From assembly GCF_001194135.2 (NCBI RefSeq), contig NC_068982.1, positions 24,042,390-24,079,828 of the forward strand: a stretch of DNA of 37,439 nucleotides, read 5' to 3'. Under the pieces are notes generated by a model that saw only the letters and a list, made by a program, of their open reading frames with translations, was not told where the DNA came from and ran no database searches. Every line of letters begins with the position of its first letter. The first letter of the stretch is position 1. Positions 1 to 11,849 of this stretch are shown here, one piece after another. Source of the stretch: Octopus bimaculoides (lineage: Eukaryota). Position numbers and translations under genes: made by a program.

Positions 1-57
1 AGTATGCGTTCTAGTTTCGTGATGGTGGCATCGGGACAAGGCACGACGGTCAGGCGG

Positions 58-60
58 TAG

Positions 61-146
<86 letters not shown>
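58..146. repeat. (GATA)n tetranucleotide microsatellite
   Basis: About 22 near-perfect TAGA/GATA units with one interruption. Confidence 0.97.
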
Positions 147-1063
147 GGGCGTGTACACACATGTATATGTAATTTCCAAGTATATTTAAATTAGAATGTG
201 TATGATATAACGTTCTTATACACACGCGCTTTCATATCTACGCTGTTATGAAGTGTGTTTGGTATTTGGGGTTTTCATAGTTTAATGTGGATAATATTAG
301 TGAATATGTGATATATAAATATAACAGATCAAGAATCGTACACAACAAATTTTGAAAATAAAATATAATATAGGTGTCGTTTATATGAAGATCAAAAGGC
401 TGTCATATTTTATAAACGGCAAGACACCATTTATATAGCCATTGTATGTATTTGACCTCAATGTTTTTATTCTCAGGAGCAATCTACATATATAAACTCA
501 CACACACACACGCACACACACATATCCACATATATATTGCTCTGTAATGATGTATAAATGTAATATATATTTGTATATTTATTACGTGCATACATGCATA
601 CATGCATTCACAATTATATAAATATATACGCATATACACGTATATACGTATATATTCTCGCGTGTAATATAATTTAGTAAATTGAGGATGAAAGAGTAGT
701 ACCAAACGAAGATGTTTGATCTCACATTTCTAATGGGTCCCCTTAAAACTTTGCATAAAATAGGAATTTTGAAGCATATATGTTGCCATTGCGTGAATTC
801 ACTCAATGTAGCTAGACAATTGCTGTATCAGACGCATGGAATAATGTTTGATTGTATTATGAACGAATTCCTGCATACTATTCGAAACAAAATAATAGGA
901 AAAGCGGAGAGGAAAGCATTGAAGTCATTGTTGAGAAATCGGGTATTTAGATCGATTTTATCATCTAATGCGCCAACGCATTTCTAGTAGTTGGCTGCTA
1001 GCCACAGCAGATCACGTTCTGCTTCATAATTCTTATCTAGATATTAGCCTATGTAACGAAATC

Positions 1064-1094
<31 letters not shown>

Positions 1095-2152
1095 AATATA
1101 TATGNNNNNNNNNNNNNNNNNNNNNNNNNNNNNNNNNNNNNNNNNNNNNNNNNNNNNNNNNNNNNNNNNNNNNNNNNNNNNNNNNNNNNNNNNNNNNNNN
1201 NNNNNNNNNNNNNNNNNNNNNNNNNNNNNNNNNNNNNNNNNNNNNNNNNNNNNNNNNNNNNNNNNNNNNNNNNNNNNNNNNNNNNNNNNNNNNNNNNNNN
1301 NNNNNNNNNNNNNNNNNNNNNNNNNNNNNNNNNNNNNNNNNNNNNNNNNNNNNNNNNNNNNNNNNNNNNNNNNNNNNNNNNNNNNNNNNNNNNNNNNNNN
1401 NNNNNNNNNNNNNNNNNNNNNNNNNNNNNNNNNNNNNNNNNNNNNNNNNNNNNNNNNNNNNNNNNNNNNNNNNNNNNNNNNNNNNNNNNNNNNNNNNNNN
1501 NNNNNNNNNNNNNNNNNNNNNNNNNNNNNNNNNNNNNNNNNNNNNNNNNNNNNNNNNNNNNNNNNNNNNNNNNNNNNNNNNNNNNNNNNNNNNNNNNNNN
1601 NNNNNNNNNNNNNNNNNNNNNNNNNNNNNNNNNNNNNNNNNNNNNNNNNNNNNNNNNNNNNNNNNNNNNNNNNNNNNNNNNNNNNNNNNNNNNNNNNNNN
1701 NNNNNNNNNNNNNNNNNNNNNNNNNNNNNNNNNNNNNNNNNNNNNNNNNNNNNNNNNNNNNNNNNNNNNNNNNNNNNNNNNNNNNNNNNNNNNNNNNNNN
1801 NNNNNNNNNNNNNNNNNNNNNNNNNNNNNNNNNNNNNNNNNNNNNNNNNNNNNNNNNNNNNNNNNNNNNNNNNNNNNNNNNNNNATATATATTACATACT
1901 TCTATACAAATATCGATATGTAATGTAGATATGTAAGTATATGAATGTGTTTGTGTGCTCACATTATTATATATTTGTGTGTGTGATTGTTAATCTTTGC
2001 GAATTTATGTTAGTTAATGAATGCATCTGCTTTATCTATCTGCAATATTATAGATATTCAACACCGGAAATATATGTAATAAAACATAACATGCATTGTC
2101 ATAATAGCAGATTCATGGACTCCATTAAATAATTATATAGCTGTGTGCGTGC

Positions 2153-2298
2153 GTGAGTGAGTCTGTGTGCATGTATGTAGGTATGTATGTATGTATGTAT
2201 GTGTGTATGTCTGTATGTATGTATATGTATGTATGTATGTATATATATATTTATATATGCATGTATGTATGTATGTATTTATGTGTGTATGTGTGTAT
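2153..2298. repeat. Compound (TATG)n/(TG)n/(TA)n microsatellite
   Basis: Direct reading; it produces the spurious M/Y/V/C-rich ORFs 2133-2315 and 2153-2356. Confidence 0.9.
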
Positions 2299-4148
2299 GA
2301 TGCTGACATGGACACAGTCTGCTAGCATGAATATGAGTACGTTTGTTTACTTCTGATGGTACGCAAGCATTTACGATAATTTAATTTCGTCATTATCAAA
2401 CTATCTATCACTAAGGCAATCATTTTCAGAAATGCCTGTCTTAACGGAAAGATATATATAAATCAATATATGTATATACTGTCATGTATTTTTCCCATAT
2501 ACTTTGTTATTACTTAACTATCGCCATGCACAAAGAAACATGACATACGTAAGCACAAGCGCACACACATGTACACACATAGATATAGACACTCTCTCAC
2601 ACACACAGATGTATATATATATATATATATATATNNNNNNNNNNNNNNNNNNNNNNNNNNNNNNNNNNNNNNNNNNNNNNNNNNNNNNNNNNNNNNNNNN
2701 NNNNNNNNNNNNNNNNNNNNNNNNNNNNNNNNNNNNNNNNNNNNNNNNNNNNNNNNNNNNNNNNNNNNNNNNNNNNNNNNNNNNNNNNNNNNNNNNNNNN
2801 NNNNNNNNNNNNNNNNNNNNNNNNNNNNNNNNNNNNNNNNNNNNNNNNNNNNNNNNNNNNNNNNNNNNNNNNNNNNNNNNNNNNNNNNNNNNNNNNNNNN
2901 NNNNNNNNNNNNNNNNNNNNNNNNNNNNNNNNNNNNNNNNNNNNNNNNNNNNNNNNNNNNNNNNNNNNNNNNNNNNNNNNNNNNTATATAAATGCATAAA
3001 TACGCATACATACATACAAACATACATGCATACATAACCCATGCATATATATTTATATCTGAGAATGTGTCTTTGCTTATTATCTAATAAAGTATTAGGG
3101 TAACTTCTATCTTCCATTTCCAGATGGCCGTATGTTGCCATATCTATGGCATCATGTTTATAATAACGCACAGGATGAAATATCTAGGATAAAACTGAAC
3201 AATTTATGGTACACATTTGTATATTCTTGCATTTGGTTCTATTTCCTATTCAAATCCCGTCGAGTCCGCTATGAGATTCCATCTTTGTTTCAATAACATA
3301 CTAATCGAATGGCGAATCTGTTTTGTTGAAATACACATATCTTCATATATGCGTCGTTATACTAAAATCATTTTTAGTCATTTTAGTATACTTCAACATC
3401 ATTTATTTGTATTTCTGGGGTTTATGAATCAATGGGATCATTATTTAGTCACTTAGTTCACACCAAGGCAAATTAATCTAGCAACTACACAGTGGATAAT
3501 GTAGATAAACCTTTTAGAATGTACTCTAATACGTTTAACACATTCTTGATAACTTGATATCTTAAAATACGCTCTTTCGAGTAATTTGTGAGTAGAGAGA
3601 AAAAGAGAAATAAAGAAAGAGATGCGGTATTTATGTGCATCGGTGATCATTCGTCGAGCAATCATGATTAAGATTCGCAAAAGATTCTATAATCACTCCC
3701 GATTGTTTTATGAATCGTACATTGATCAAACTCCTAACGGACATTCTACACTAGGCAGTTACTCTTTGAGATAATTATTTTTCTTCCTTTAGTTTCATGT
3801 GTGCATATGCATACGAGTTGAAGTTATATCACAGGCATTCCAAAACGAATCTTCGCCTAAGATTTGCATATTTGTGCACTACAAACTCCATGTCGCGGCG
3901 ATTAAAATCACGAAAAGTATACACGGGGAAAAACGTTTTTCATTAGTCTGATTGCTTTGTACTGTTGTACTCTTTCTGTTAGTCACTTTTTCGTTTTTGT
4001 TTTTCTTTCTTGTTTCGAAACTTTAACATTAAAACTACATTTACAAGAAATAACGTTGTAAATCGTCAAAAAGCCACGGACATATGCATCCACGCATTTA
4101 CACTCACACCGTAGCACATACATAAGAATATGTGTACGCAGGAATACT

Positions 4149-4184
<36 letters not shown>

Positions 4185-4351
4185 CATATATACGCTGGGT
4201 AACTGGTGTAACGGATTATCGGGTTTCCAAGCTCGTAACTGACACAGAAGCTATGGATTCATATTAGATTTCCCATTTAGCAGATATAAGAATAATATTA
4301 AATAATATATATGACTTGAGATGATTGTTATCGGCGATTATTGTCCTCTTT

Positions 4352-4364
4352 CACACACACACGC

Positions 4365-4395
<31 letters not shown>

Positions 4396-4545
4396 GGCAG
4401 GCAGGCAGACAGACATACAGACAGACAGGCAGACATATAGATAGATAGGTAGATAGACAGATAGATGCATACCTGCACACACACACACATATATATATAT
4501 ATATACATGCATACATATGTACATGTATACATATATACATGCATA
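4352..4545. repeat. Compound (CA)n-(CAGA)n-(CAGG)n-(GATA)n-(TA)n microsatellite
   Basis: Successive tracts are visible; source of ORFs 4328-4584. Confidence 0.92.
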
Positions 4546-5103
4546 TATAATGGCTACCGACTCAAAGCTGAAGAACAGCATCACTGGCTAATACCATAGT
4601 ACGCTTTCGTTAACAACCCGTAAAATTTCAGAATATGTGATACATCTTTTCACTGCACTTAGAAACCATTCTATCTCTGCACATCATTGCATCGAGCTAT
4701 GATTCTTGATACGGCGATAGGCGCTTCCAAGCCATTGCTGGAATGAAAACACTTCTACACTTACTTCATGCTGTGCAATATTCTTTTAATTTAGTTTGAT
4801 CTGACGAATACATTTCAGATACAAGCAATGGAAATAAATAAGCGACCAAGTTAGCCATCTCTTTCGACAACAACCCATTTCATTGAACAAGCTTTCAATA
4901 TCTGTGGTGAATTCAGGAGTTTCGAAAATATCTGTAGTATCCTTTAACGGGTATCGATCAAAACAATTTTTCACAATTGGCTTAACATATTTCAAGAGTT
5001 CATATTCAATGACAAAATTTACAGACATAAAATGCTGCCTTTATTTGTTTGAAGGTATACTCGTTCGTATAATTTTATGGATATAATTATCTTTCATGCT
5101 CAC

Positions 5104-5206
5104 ACAGAATCATGTCCAACTTTATCTGTGCTTGTGTTCCAGTAATTGATTGCTCAAGGTCACGACTGTCCGAAATATCTCTGTGGTTGGAGTCCAGTAC
5201 GACCAG
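5104..5206 (-). CDS. Candidate exon of unknown gene (LVVLDSNHRDISDSRDLEQSITGTQAQIKLDMIL)
   Basis: Minus strand tttcAG acceptor, 34 open codons plus 1 nt, GTGAGC donor. No recognised homology. Confidence 0.15.
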
Positions 5207-5476
5207 CTGAAATTTTGAAAACGATTTGAGATCCTCTGATACTGAAAGTATTTACCTTGATACTTATATAGGATGCATTATTTTTATGCGAACATTAAAG
5301 TGAGATAATGCACGGGTATGTAACACAGCAACATTTGTCAACTTAACAATCATATGTAAGGCATTACACTTGTGAATTGCAGTCTGAAGTCTAAAAGATA
5401 TTTCGTTTCCGAATTTAGCGAAAACGGTGGCATGTTGTGTCCAAATATTTCAGGCATCTCAAGTTATATAATAATC

Positions 5477-5681
5477 CTTTCTACTATAGGCGCAAGGCCT
5501 GAGAAATATTTTATTAGGGTGGGGGCGGGGCAGTTGATGCAATAGATCCCAGTTCATAGATTACCGAAAGGACGAAAGTCAAAGTCGAACTAGGCGAAAT
5601 TTGAACTCAGAACATAAGGACGGACGAAATGTCGCTAAGCATTTTGCCCGTCATGTTAACGATTCTGTAAGCTCGCCGCCT
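5477..5681 (-). mobile_element. Octopus-type tRNA-derived SINE, near full length and diverged
   Basis: Minus strand reads aggcggcgagcttacagaatcgttaacatgacgggcaaaatgcttagcg...ttctgagttcaaatttcgcc.agttcgactttg.ctttcgtcctttcgg. It has A-box-like and B-box (gttcaaat) motifs, the core I recall from octopus SINEs, and the tail ...tcaggccttgcgcctatagtagaaag. Confidence 0.9.
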
Positions 5682-5952
5682 TTAAATTATGCAATAATGT
5701 TAAATGTATTGATGGCCTTTCTTGCCCCTTTATATCCAAACTTTTAGATATGCATGTATTAATAATTGTAATTCAAATCTCTTCCTTTACCATTGAATGT
5801 ACAGCTAAGTTATATTCTGAAGTTGCAGTTAATTTTAACAGGATGAATATACTTAACACTACATATGGTGGGGAATCTGGACATCGGTAATCATTATGTT
5901 AACTTCTATAATTTTTATTGATAGGCGAAACACACACGCGCACACACACATA

Positions 5953-5956
<4 letters not shown>

Positions 5957-5998
<42 letters not shown>

Positions 5999-6011
5999 TG
6001 TGTGTGTGTGT
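5957..6011. repeat. (TG)n microsatellite
   Basis: About 27 TG units with one interruption. Confidence 0.97.
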
Positions 6012-6021
6012 ACATATATAC

Positions 6022-6187
6022 TATGGTTCCAACGATAATCATTAAGGCAAATTTCGGCAAATTGTTACAGTGGAATGATACTTTCTGTAAAGAAATTGCA
6101 ACACTTATTGCATCAGATACCGCTAGCATTGCCACATACGACATTTTCCCATCATATGTTAAGCATCTAACCGAGTGACAACTGCAG
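6022..6187 (-). CDS. Candidate exon, ribonuclease-inhibitor-type LRR-like
   Basis: tttcAG acceptor, open frame CSCHSVRCLTYDGKMSYVAMLAVSDAISVAISLQKVSFHCNNLPKFALMIIVGTI, GTATAT donor. LQKVSFHCNNL fits LxxLxLxxNxL, with a weaker repeat 27 residues earlier. Confidence 0.22.
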
Positions 6188-6536
6188 CTGAAATTGTATC
6201 CACTTATAATAACCAAATATCAAATTCCACTAATTTACAAACTATCCAACTGTAATATATTGCGAGCAGTATAGCTTGAAGCTCAATATAATCCGGAATA
6301 GTATGAGTTTTGTTTTGGGTTCTTGGAGCACTAGATGAATGTCAGTCCTTTGTGTTGTGTAAGAAGGAAGAGAATTTACGACTGACATAAGCAGACTATG
6401 TGCAGTTCGTTAAATGAGTTTTTCCAACCCTTCAAATATTCTCATGTGAGGATCTTCTACAAAGGAATTTAAAACACCGGCGGCACGTCTACAATAGCTT
6501 TATTATAACTTATGTACAATAAGGCTTGTACAACAG

Positions 6537-6616
6537 CTGAGAAAATGTATCCAGCCTATGAGTATGATCTAAAGAAGATCAGAGCTAGAGAGAAAGGACA
6601 CATGCTTGCTATTGAG
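6537..6616 (+). CDS. Candidate exon of unknown gene (EKMYPAYEYDLKKIRAREKGHMLAIE)
   Basis: acAG acceptor, GAG|GTAACT donor, purine-rich open frame. It is short and could be chance. Confidence 0.12.
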
Positions 6617-6879
6617 GTAACTTCCTGATATTCAACTCCTGCTCAAGATCCTTAAATTGCGCTGGGCCATTCCATGCACAAATGTTTTTATGCCAGACTG
6701 ACATTGTCATGAAAATATGAGTTTAAAAAATTAGAAAATGCCTTATATCATATCATTAGAACATGTTTTTTCTTTCTTCAGAAGCTAAAGATTGAGTGTC
6801 AAACTGTGAAGAGTTTGATGCCAAGTGTGATCAGTAAAGAAAACCCGGACTAAAATTCACAAGATACTGGATTACTACC

Positions 6880-7132
6880 TATCTCTCTCTTTCTCTCTCC
6901 TCTCTCTCCCTCCCTCTCCCCCTCTATCTCCCTCTCTTTCTCTGTCTTCCTATCTCCCACGTTATCTTTATGTATGTATATGTGTGCGTATGTATCTACG
7001 TACGTATGTATGTATATATGTATGTATATATGAATGTATGCATGTATGCGCGTATGTATGCATGTACGTACGTATGTACGTATGTATGTATGTGCGTACG
7101 TATGTATGTATGAATGTATATATGTATGTATA
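6880..7132. repeat. (CT)n polypyrimidine tract followed by degenerate (TATG)n
   Basis: Direct reading. Confidence 0.9.
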
Positions 7133-9834
7133 TTTTTGCACATAAATTTTCGCGCACACCCTAGTTGAGGAACAAATAGACACAAATAATACGACAATGA
7201 AAACAAATTCTGCTGAGAATTTAGTGCATAAATATTTATTTTTATTAAGAAAAAGAATAATGTTGGTATAACCAAGAAAGAAACGATGCTTGCACCAAGA
7301 CAGATGGAATATTAGGTGACGTGTTGTTGGAATAAATATCAATAGTCGCCATCGTGAATTTCGTGATATTAGTTACTGTTGGTGTGTCGCTGCCGACACC
7401 ATCAGTGTTTTTTCGACTGTGACACCGCTCATATCAGTTTCTGGTTCACTGCTACTATCTACTAACTGCATACTTGTGGCTAGATTATATTTGATTTATA
7501 GCGATGTTATTCGTCACACGCTGCAGAAATGAAATTACTATTAGATCAGGCTCCAATCTGAATGGTCTAATTTTTAGACGATGTCGGTATTATTTCAACG
7601 AATCATGACCGTGAAGCTTAGTTGTTTCATTTTCTTTCCATCCTTTTTTCTAATTTGCATCAGATATAGTGATTCGAGTTCCATTTCTAAGTCTTTAAAT
7701 TACTAAAGATTCCTGCAGCTTATGCAGGTGAGAATATGTATTTGTGTGAGAGAAATCTAGGAGGCTCCTAATTTTTAATTATTGCATTACATTCTTGTAG
7801 AATTATCTTCGAAATATGTTGGCAGAAAACCAATTTCAACAGCTCTTTGTATTTATATAATGCATCATAGAAGATGCAGAACTTACGCGCAGTAACTTAT
7901 ATGTTGGTAATGCAATATTACATATCATGAATTCAGCAGGATTAGATAAATAATAAGTTATAGAGGATGGGTTTCTGTGAGAATATTTTACAAATACGCA
8001 TATGCACACACACATACATACACACACACACTCACCCACACACACACTGACACACACATACTGCGTTTTTTATATAGTATATACAAATATATATTATACA
8101 TCAGTAGATACATTAGTATATATTTATGTATAAAATGATCTGAAAATTGTAAAAGCACGATGTCAGAGATATCTCTATACGAGTCACGTTATCGTATATG
8201 TAAAAACAATGCACGACCTTGTTAAATATATTTAAGTTAAATGAACATGAGTCAGAAAATATTTAAGGCTTTTTGATAAACGCGGTCATCCACTTAAGAG
8301 CAAATTAGGCGTGTCATGAATATTTTAAGTGACTCAATCAAATACTACTGACATCGATGTTCAACAGCGTAACTAGTCTTATTATATCAAAATAAATATC
8401 ATTGTGTTTTTCTATTTTTCTGTTTAACAATTTACTGCATCTTATGAAATTAATTTCGTAATTTTAAGGAAATAGAATTCATAGTTCCATGTGGGAGATG
8501 ATTGTGTTGCTCGCACTCATATTACTATAAATTTATATCTATTTAACATTTATTCAAGGTAACACTATTTTTCATAAATTTCTATAGAGATAATTTATTA
8601 TGCTTTTTTTCAAACTGTGACACATTTTCCACGTTTAATGATTGCTCTCAATTACATACTTCAATTTTCAATCATGCATTTGATGCTGGAAGATATACTG
8701 AAACAGAGTATTCTTCGTAGAATTTATTTTTTAGTTTTTGTAAGGAAAATCAGATCATATATTAAATGTCATTTATATGATTCTATGCTTTATGTCCCCA
8801 AGATATTAGTGTGAATGAAACAGGAACGTGTGAATAAGTTGGGCAGATCAGTGCACATAACGACTGAAGTGCATGTACAAACACACGTTCTTATATATGT
8901 GTGTGTATGTGTGCATACTTACACACAATCACGCCCACACACATATATTTATATATATGTGTGTATAGAGCTGATGTTAATTTTAATTCTAAATATATTG
9001 TAGCTGTATCGAAAAAAAATCATAGCATTTACATTCAGATCTTTGAATGCAAGATATAATTAAATATTTCGCTTCAAATTGATTTACATTTATTTTTCGG
9101 GATATGACATTAATATGTATATATGCGTGGGTGTGTGGGTGTGCGCGCGCTTTCGTGTGTGCGCGCGCTTTCGTGAGTGCGCGTGTGTGTCTTTGTGTGT
9201 ATTGGTGTGCGTGTGCGCGCGCGTGTGTCAGTCAGATTGAATTTTCGAGCCACGAATTCTATAGTTGCGCGCACGTTCGTTTACGAGGGGTATGATATGG
9301 ATATGTACAAGATGGTTCATCCACAACTGATTATGATATATGAATCATAGTAAACCTGTGATCTTCAATTTGCACTCACAAAGCAATTATACATATGTAT
9401 ATAAATACATATATATATTTATACACATGTATGTATATACATATTCATATGCATATGCATGTACACACANNNNNNNNNNNNNNNNNNNNNNNNNNNNNNN
9501 NNNNNNNNNNNNNNNNNNNNNNNNNNNNNNNNNNNNNNNNNNNNNNNNNNNNNNNNNNNNNNNNNNNNNNNNNNNNNNNNATATATATATATATATATAT
9601 ACATACACATATACATATTCATATATTTATATTGAGAGAGAGGGAGAGAATGAAAGAGAGATATGGTCACGCTTTTACTATTACTGTGATTAATATTTGC
9701 TCCTTCATATTTGGAAAATATCTTTCATGGACGATATATCACAAGAGATACCATCATAATGGTGTTATTATTAGTAGATATTAGTAGATTTATTATTAAT
9801 AGATTAGTAGATTTTAGGACTTGCCGAAAAGACA

Positions 9835-10146
9835 CTTGGAATTGAAATACATAGAAGGGGAAATTTCAACCATGTTTCGTGGTCTGCTACCACAACAGCT
9901 CCTTTATTAGATCCAGTTAGCTCAAGACATCATCAGGAGGAACCACGTCCGGTTTCGGCCCCTACTCCTCTACTGTTTTGACGTGGCGCCCCCCCCCCAT
10001 TCGGAGGTGTCTTCAGCTCTGGTGTTGGGTGCATGTCTTCTTTCTTCTATTCCCTGGCCTCTTCGATGCAGCATCAACGATTGTCAGCGTCCGACTGAAT
10101 GTCTTGTCAAATTCCCCTTTTTATACCTGCCCCAGCAAGTTGTCAC
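9835..10146 (-). mobile_element. Probable Penelope-like element terminal region (3' UTR/pseudo-LTR) with hammerhead-like core
   Basis: GC-richer block. Minus strand has tataaaaagggg, then CTGATGA (9936-9930) and GAAACATGGTT (from 9878), an arrangement typical of PLE termini. It runs into a gap not flanked by an SSR. Confidence 0.45.
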
Positions 10147-10880
10147 NNNNNNNNNNNNNNNNNNNNNNNNNNNNNNNNNNNNNNNNNNNNNNNNNNNNNN
10201 NNNNNNNNNNNNNNNNNNNNNNNNNNNNNNNNNNNNNNNNNNNNNNNNNNNNNNNNNNNNNNNNNNNNNNNNNNNNNNNNNNNNNNNNNNNNNNNNNNNN
10301 NNNNNNNNNNNNNNNNNNNNNNNNNNNNNNNNNNNNNNNNNNNNNNNNNNNNNNNNNNNNNNNNNNNNNNNNNNNNNNNNNNNNNNNNNNNNNNNNNNNN
10401 NNNNNNNNNNNNNNNNNNNNNNNNNNNNNNNNNNNNNNNNNNNNNNNNNNNNNNNNNNNNNNNNNNNNNNNNNNNNNNNNNNNNNNNNNNNNNNNNNNNN
10501 NNNNNNNNNNNNNNNNNNNNNNNNNNNNNNNNNNNNNNNNNNNNNNNNNNNNNNNNNNNNNNNNNNNNNNNNNNNNNNNNNNNNNNNNNNNNNNNNNNNN
10601 NNNNNNNNNNNNNNNNNNNNNNNNNNNNNNNNNNNNNNNNNNNNNNNNNNNNNNNNNNNNNNNNNNNNNNNNNNNNNNNNNNNNNNNNNNNNNNNNNNNN
10701 NNNNNNNNNNNNNNNNNNNNNNNNNNNNNNNNNNNNNNNNNNNNNNNNNNNNNNNNNNNNNNNNNNNNNNNNNNNNNNNNNNNNNNNNNNNNNNNNNNNN
10801 NNNNNNNNNNNNNNNNNNNNNNNNNNNNNNNNNNNNNNNNNNNNNNNNNNNNNNNNNNNNNNNNNNNNNNNNNNNNNNAG

Positions 10881-11045
10881 ATATTTTATTTGGAGGCCTG
10901 ATCTTATGTCCTTTTCCCTCCTTCTGGAAGTATATTTTCCTGCGTTTTTCCAATTTGGGGTACTCTCCCCTATTGTATCCCTCGATCTTCTCCTTGAGTG
11001 CTGCGCTTATGACGCGGAGGACTTATGTCAGATTTTATCCAATAT
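10881..11045 (-). mobile_element. Retroelement-like fragment on the other side of the gap, possibly the same element as 9835-10146
   Basis: GC-richer, purine-rich minus strand (...EKRRKIYFQKEGKGHK...), loosely resembling PLE RT motif B; not diagnostic. Confidence 0.25.
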
Positions 11046-11740
11046 CTTTTACTTTCACTTTTCATTATAAATTATTGCATACGCTACATAGCATATGGTG
11101 TGCTATTACATGGCATTTAGAAAAAATAGCAGTAAACGATATTTTACAGATTGAACTCTAAAATCTTACTGCATTTTTCTCGTGCATTTTCACTAAATAA
11201 CATAAATCTTTTTGTCCATCTGTGTATGTCTGTGTGTGTGTGTGCGTGTCTGTGCGTGTGTGTGTTCGCGTATGTGTGTGTGAATCTTTATATGTTGAGA
11301 ATTTACTGCTGTTTCTATGGAAGAATATTCAGCTTCTAGGCTTAGATTTTGTTTACTTAGAGAACTACGGTAGAGAAAACATTTGTTCTTATATAATGCA
11401 TATCTCTTATTAGCCTTTACCTAAACAGACTCGATTACATCAAGCATTTATCAGGTTTCCTTTCCTATGGAGTACATGCTAAGTTACACTACTTGATTCC
11501 ACATATACTAACATGTTGTTAATTCTATATATTAATATATATACAATAATTGCATTCACTGCACCTGAATAATGGCTTATTCCTCCTTGTTGCATCCATT
11601 TGATTATATATGATTAACAGAGAAGAAACAAACATTGGACTGTTGTCAACTATAGGTATGCTCCATGACAGTTTAGCAAAACTGCATGTATTTTCTATGC
11701 ATTTTATTTATTTATATAAATAGGTGTTTGTTCACACCAG

Positions 11741-11824
11741 GAAACTATCTTCGAGTGTCTGAGACTACCACATAGATTAAGACACCTGTATCTTCTTGGC
11801 AATTATGCTAGCACTCGCTTCTTC
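11741..11824 (+). CDS. Candidate 84-nt phase 0-0 exon with an LRR motif (ETIFECLRLPHRLRHLYLLGNYASTRFF)
   Basis: tgttcacaccAG acceptor, GTAATA donor, only one open frame. LRHLYLLGN equals LxxLxLxxN. Confidence 0.2.
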
Positions 11825-11849
11825 GTAATAGAGATTTCAACTCAATTTA

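Noticed and set aside
1-55. Minus-strand CUGACCGUC-GUG...CAC-GAAACUAG resembling a hammerhead
   Set aside because: The core lacks G8-A9 in register, the cleavage triplet and helix I are broken, and context is cut by the window edge.
690-1030. LRR-like fragments (FIIQSNII, FTQWQHICF) on the minus strand
   Set aside because: Interrupted by stops, no coherent splice pair, and AT-rich translation mimics LRRs.
3036-3186. Minus-strand frame IFHPVRYYKHDAIDMATYGHLEMEDRSYPNTLLD after a tcctAG acceptor
   Set aside because: No convincing donor and no recognisable homology; the frame runs into a microsatellite.
4786-5086. Overlapping ORFs 4786-5028 (-) and 4883-5086 (+)
   Set aside because: Flanked by in-frame stops, no usable splice sites, lengths compatible with chance.
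5600-5681. tRNA gene
   Set aside because: The A/B boxes belong to the SINE head; no cloverleaf.
6040-6160. YVAMLAVSD read as GPCR transmembrane helix 2
   Set aside because: The next Cys is only about 15 residues after the Asp, too close for the TM2-TM3 spacing, and no DRY-like motif follows.
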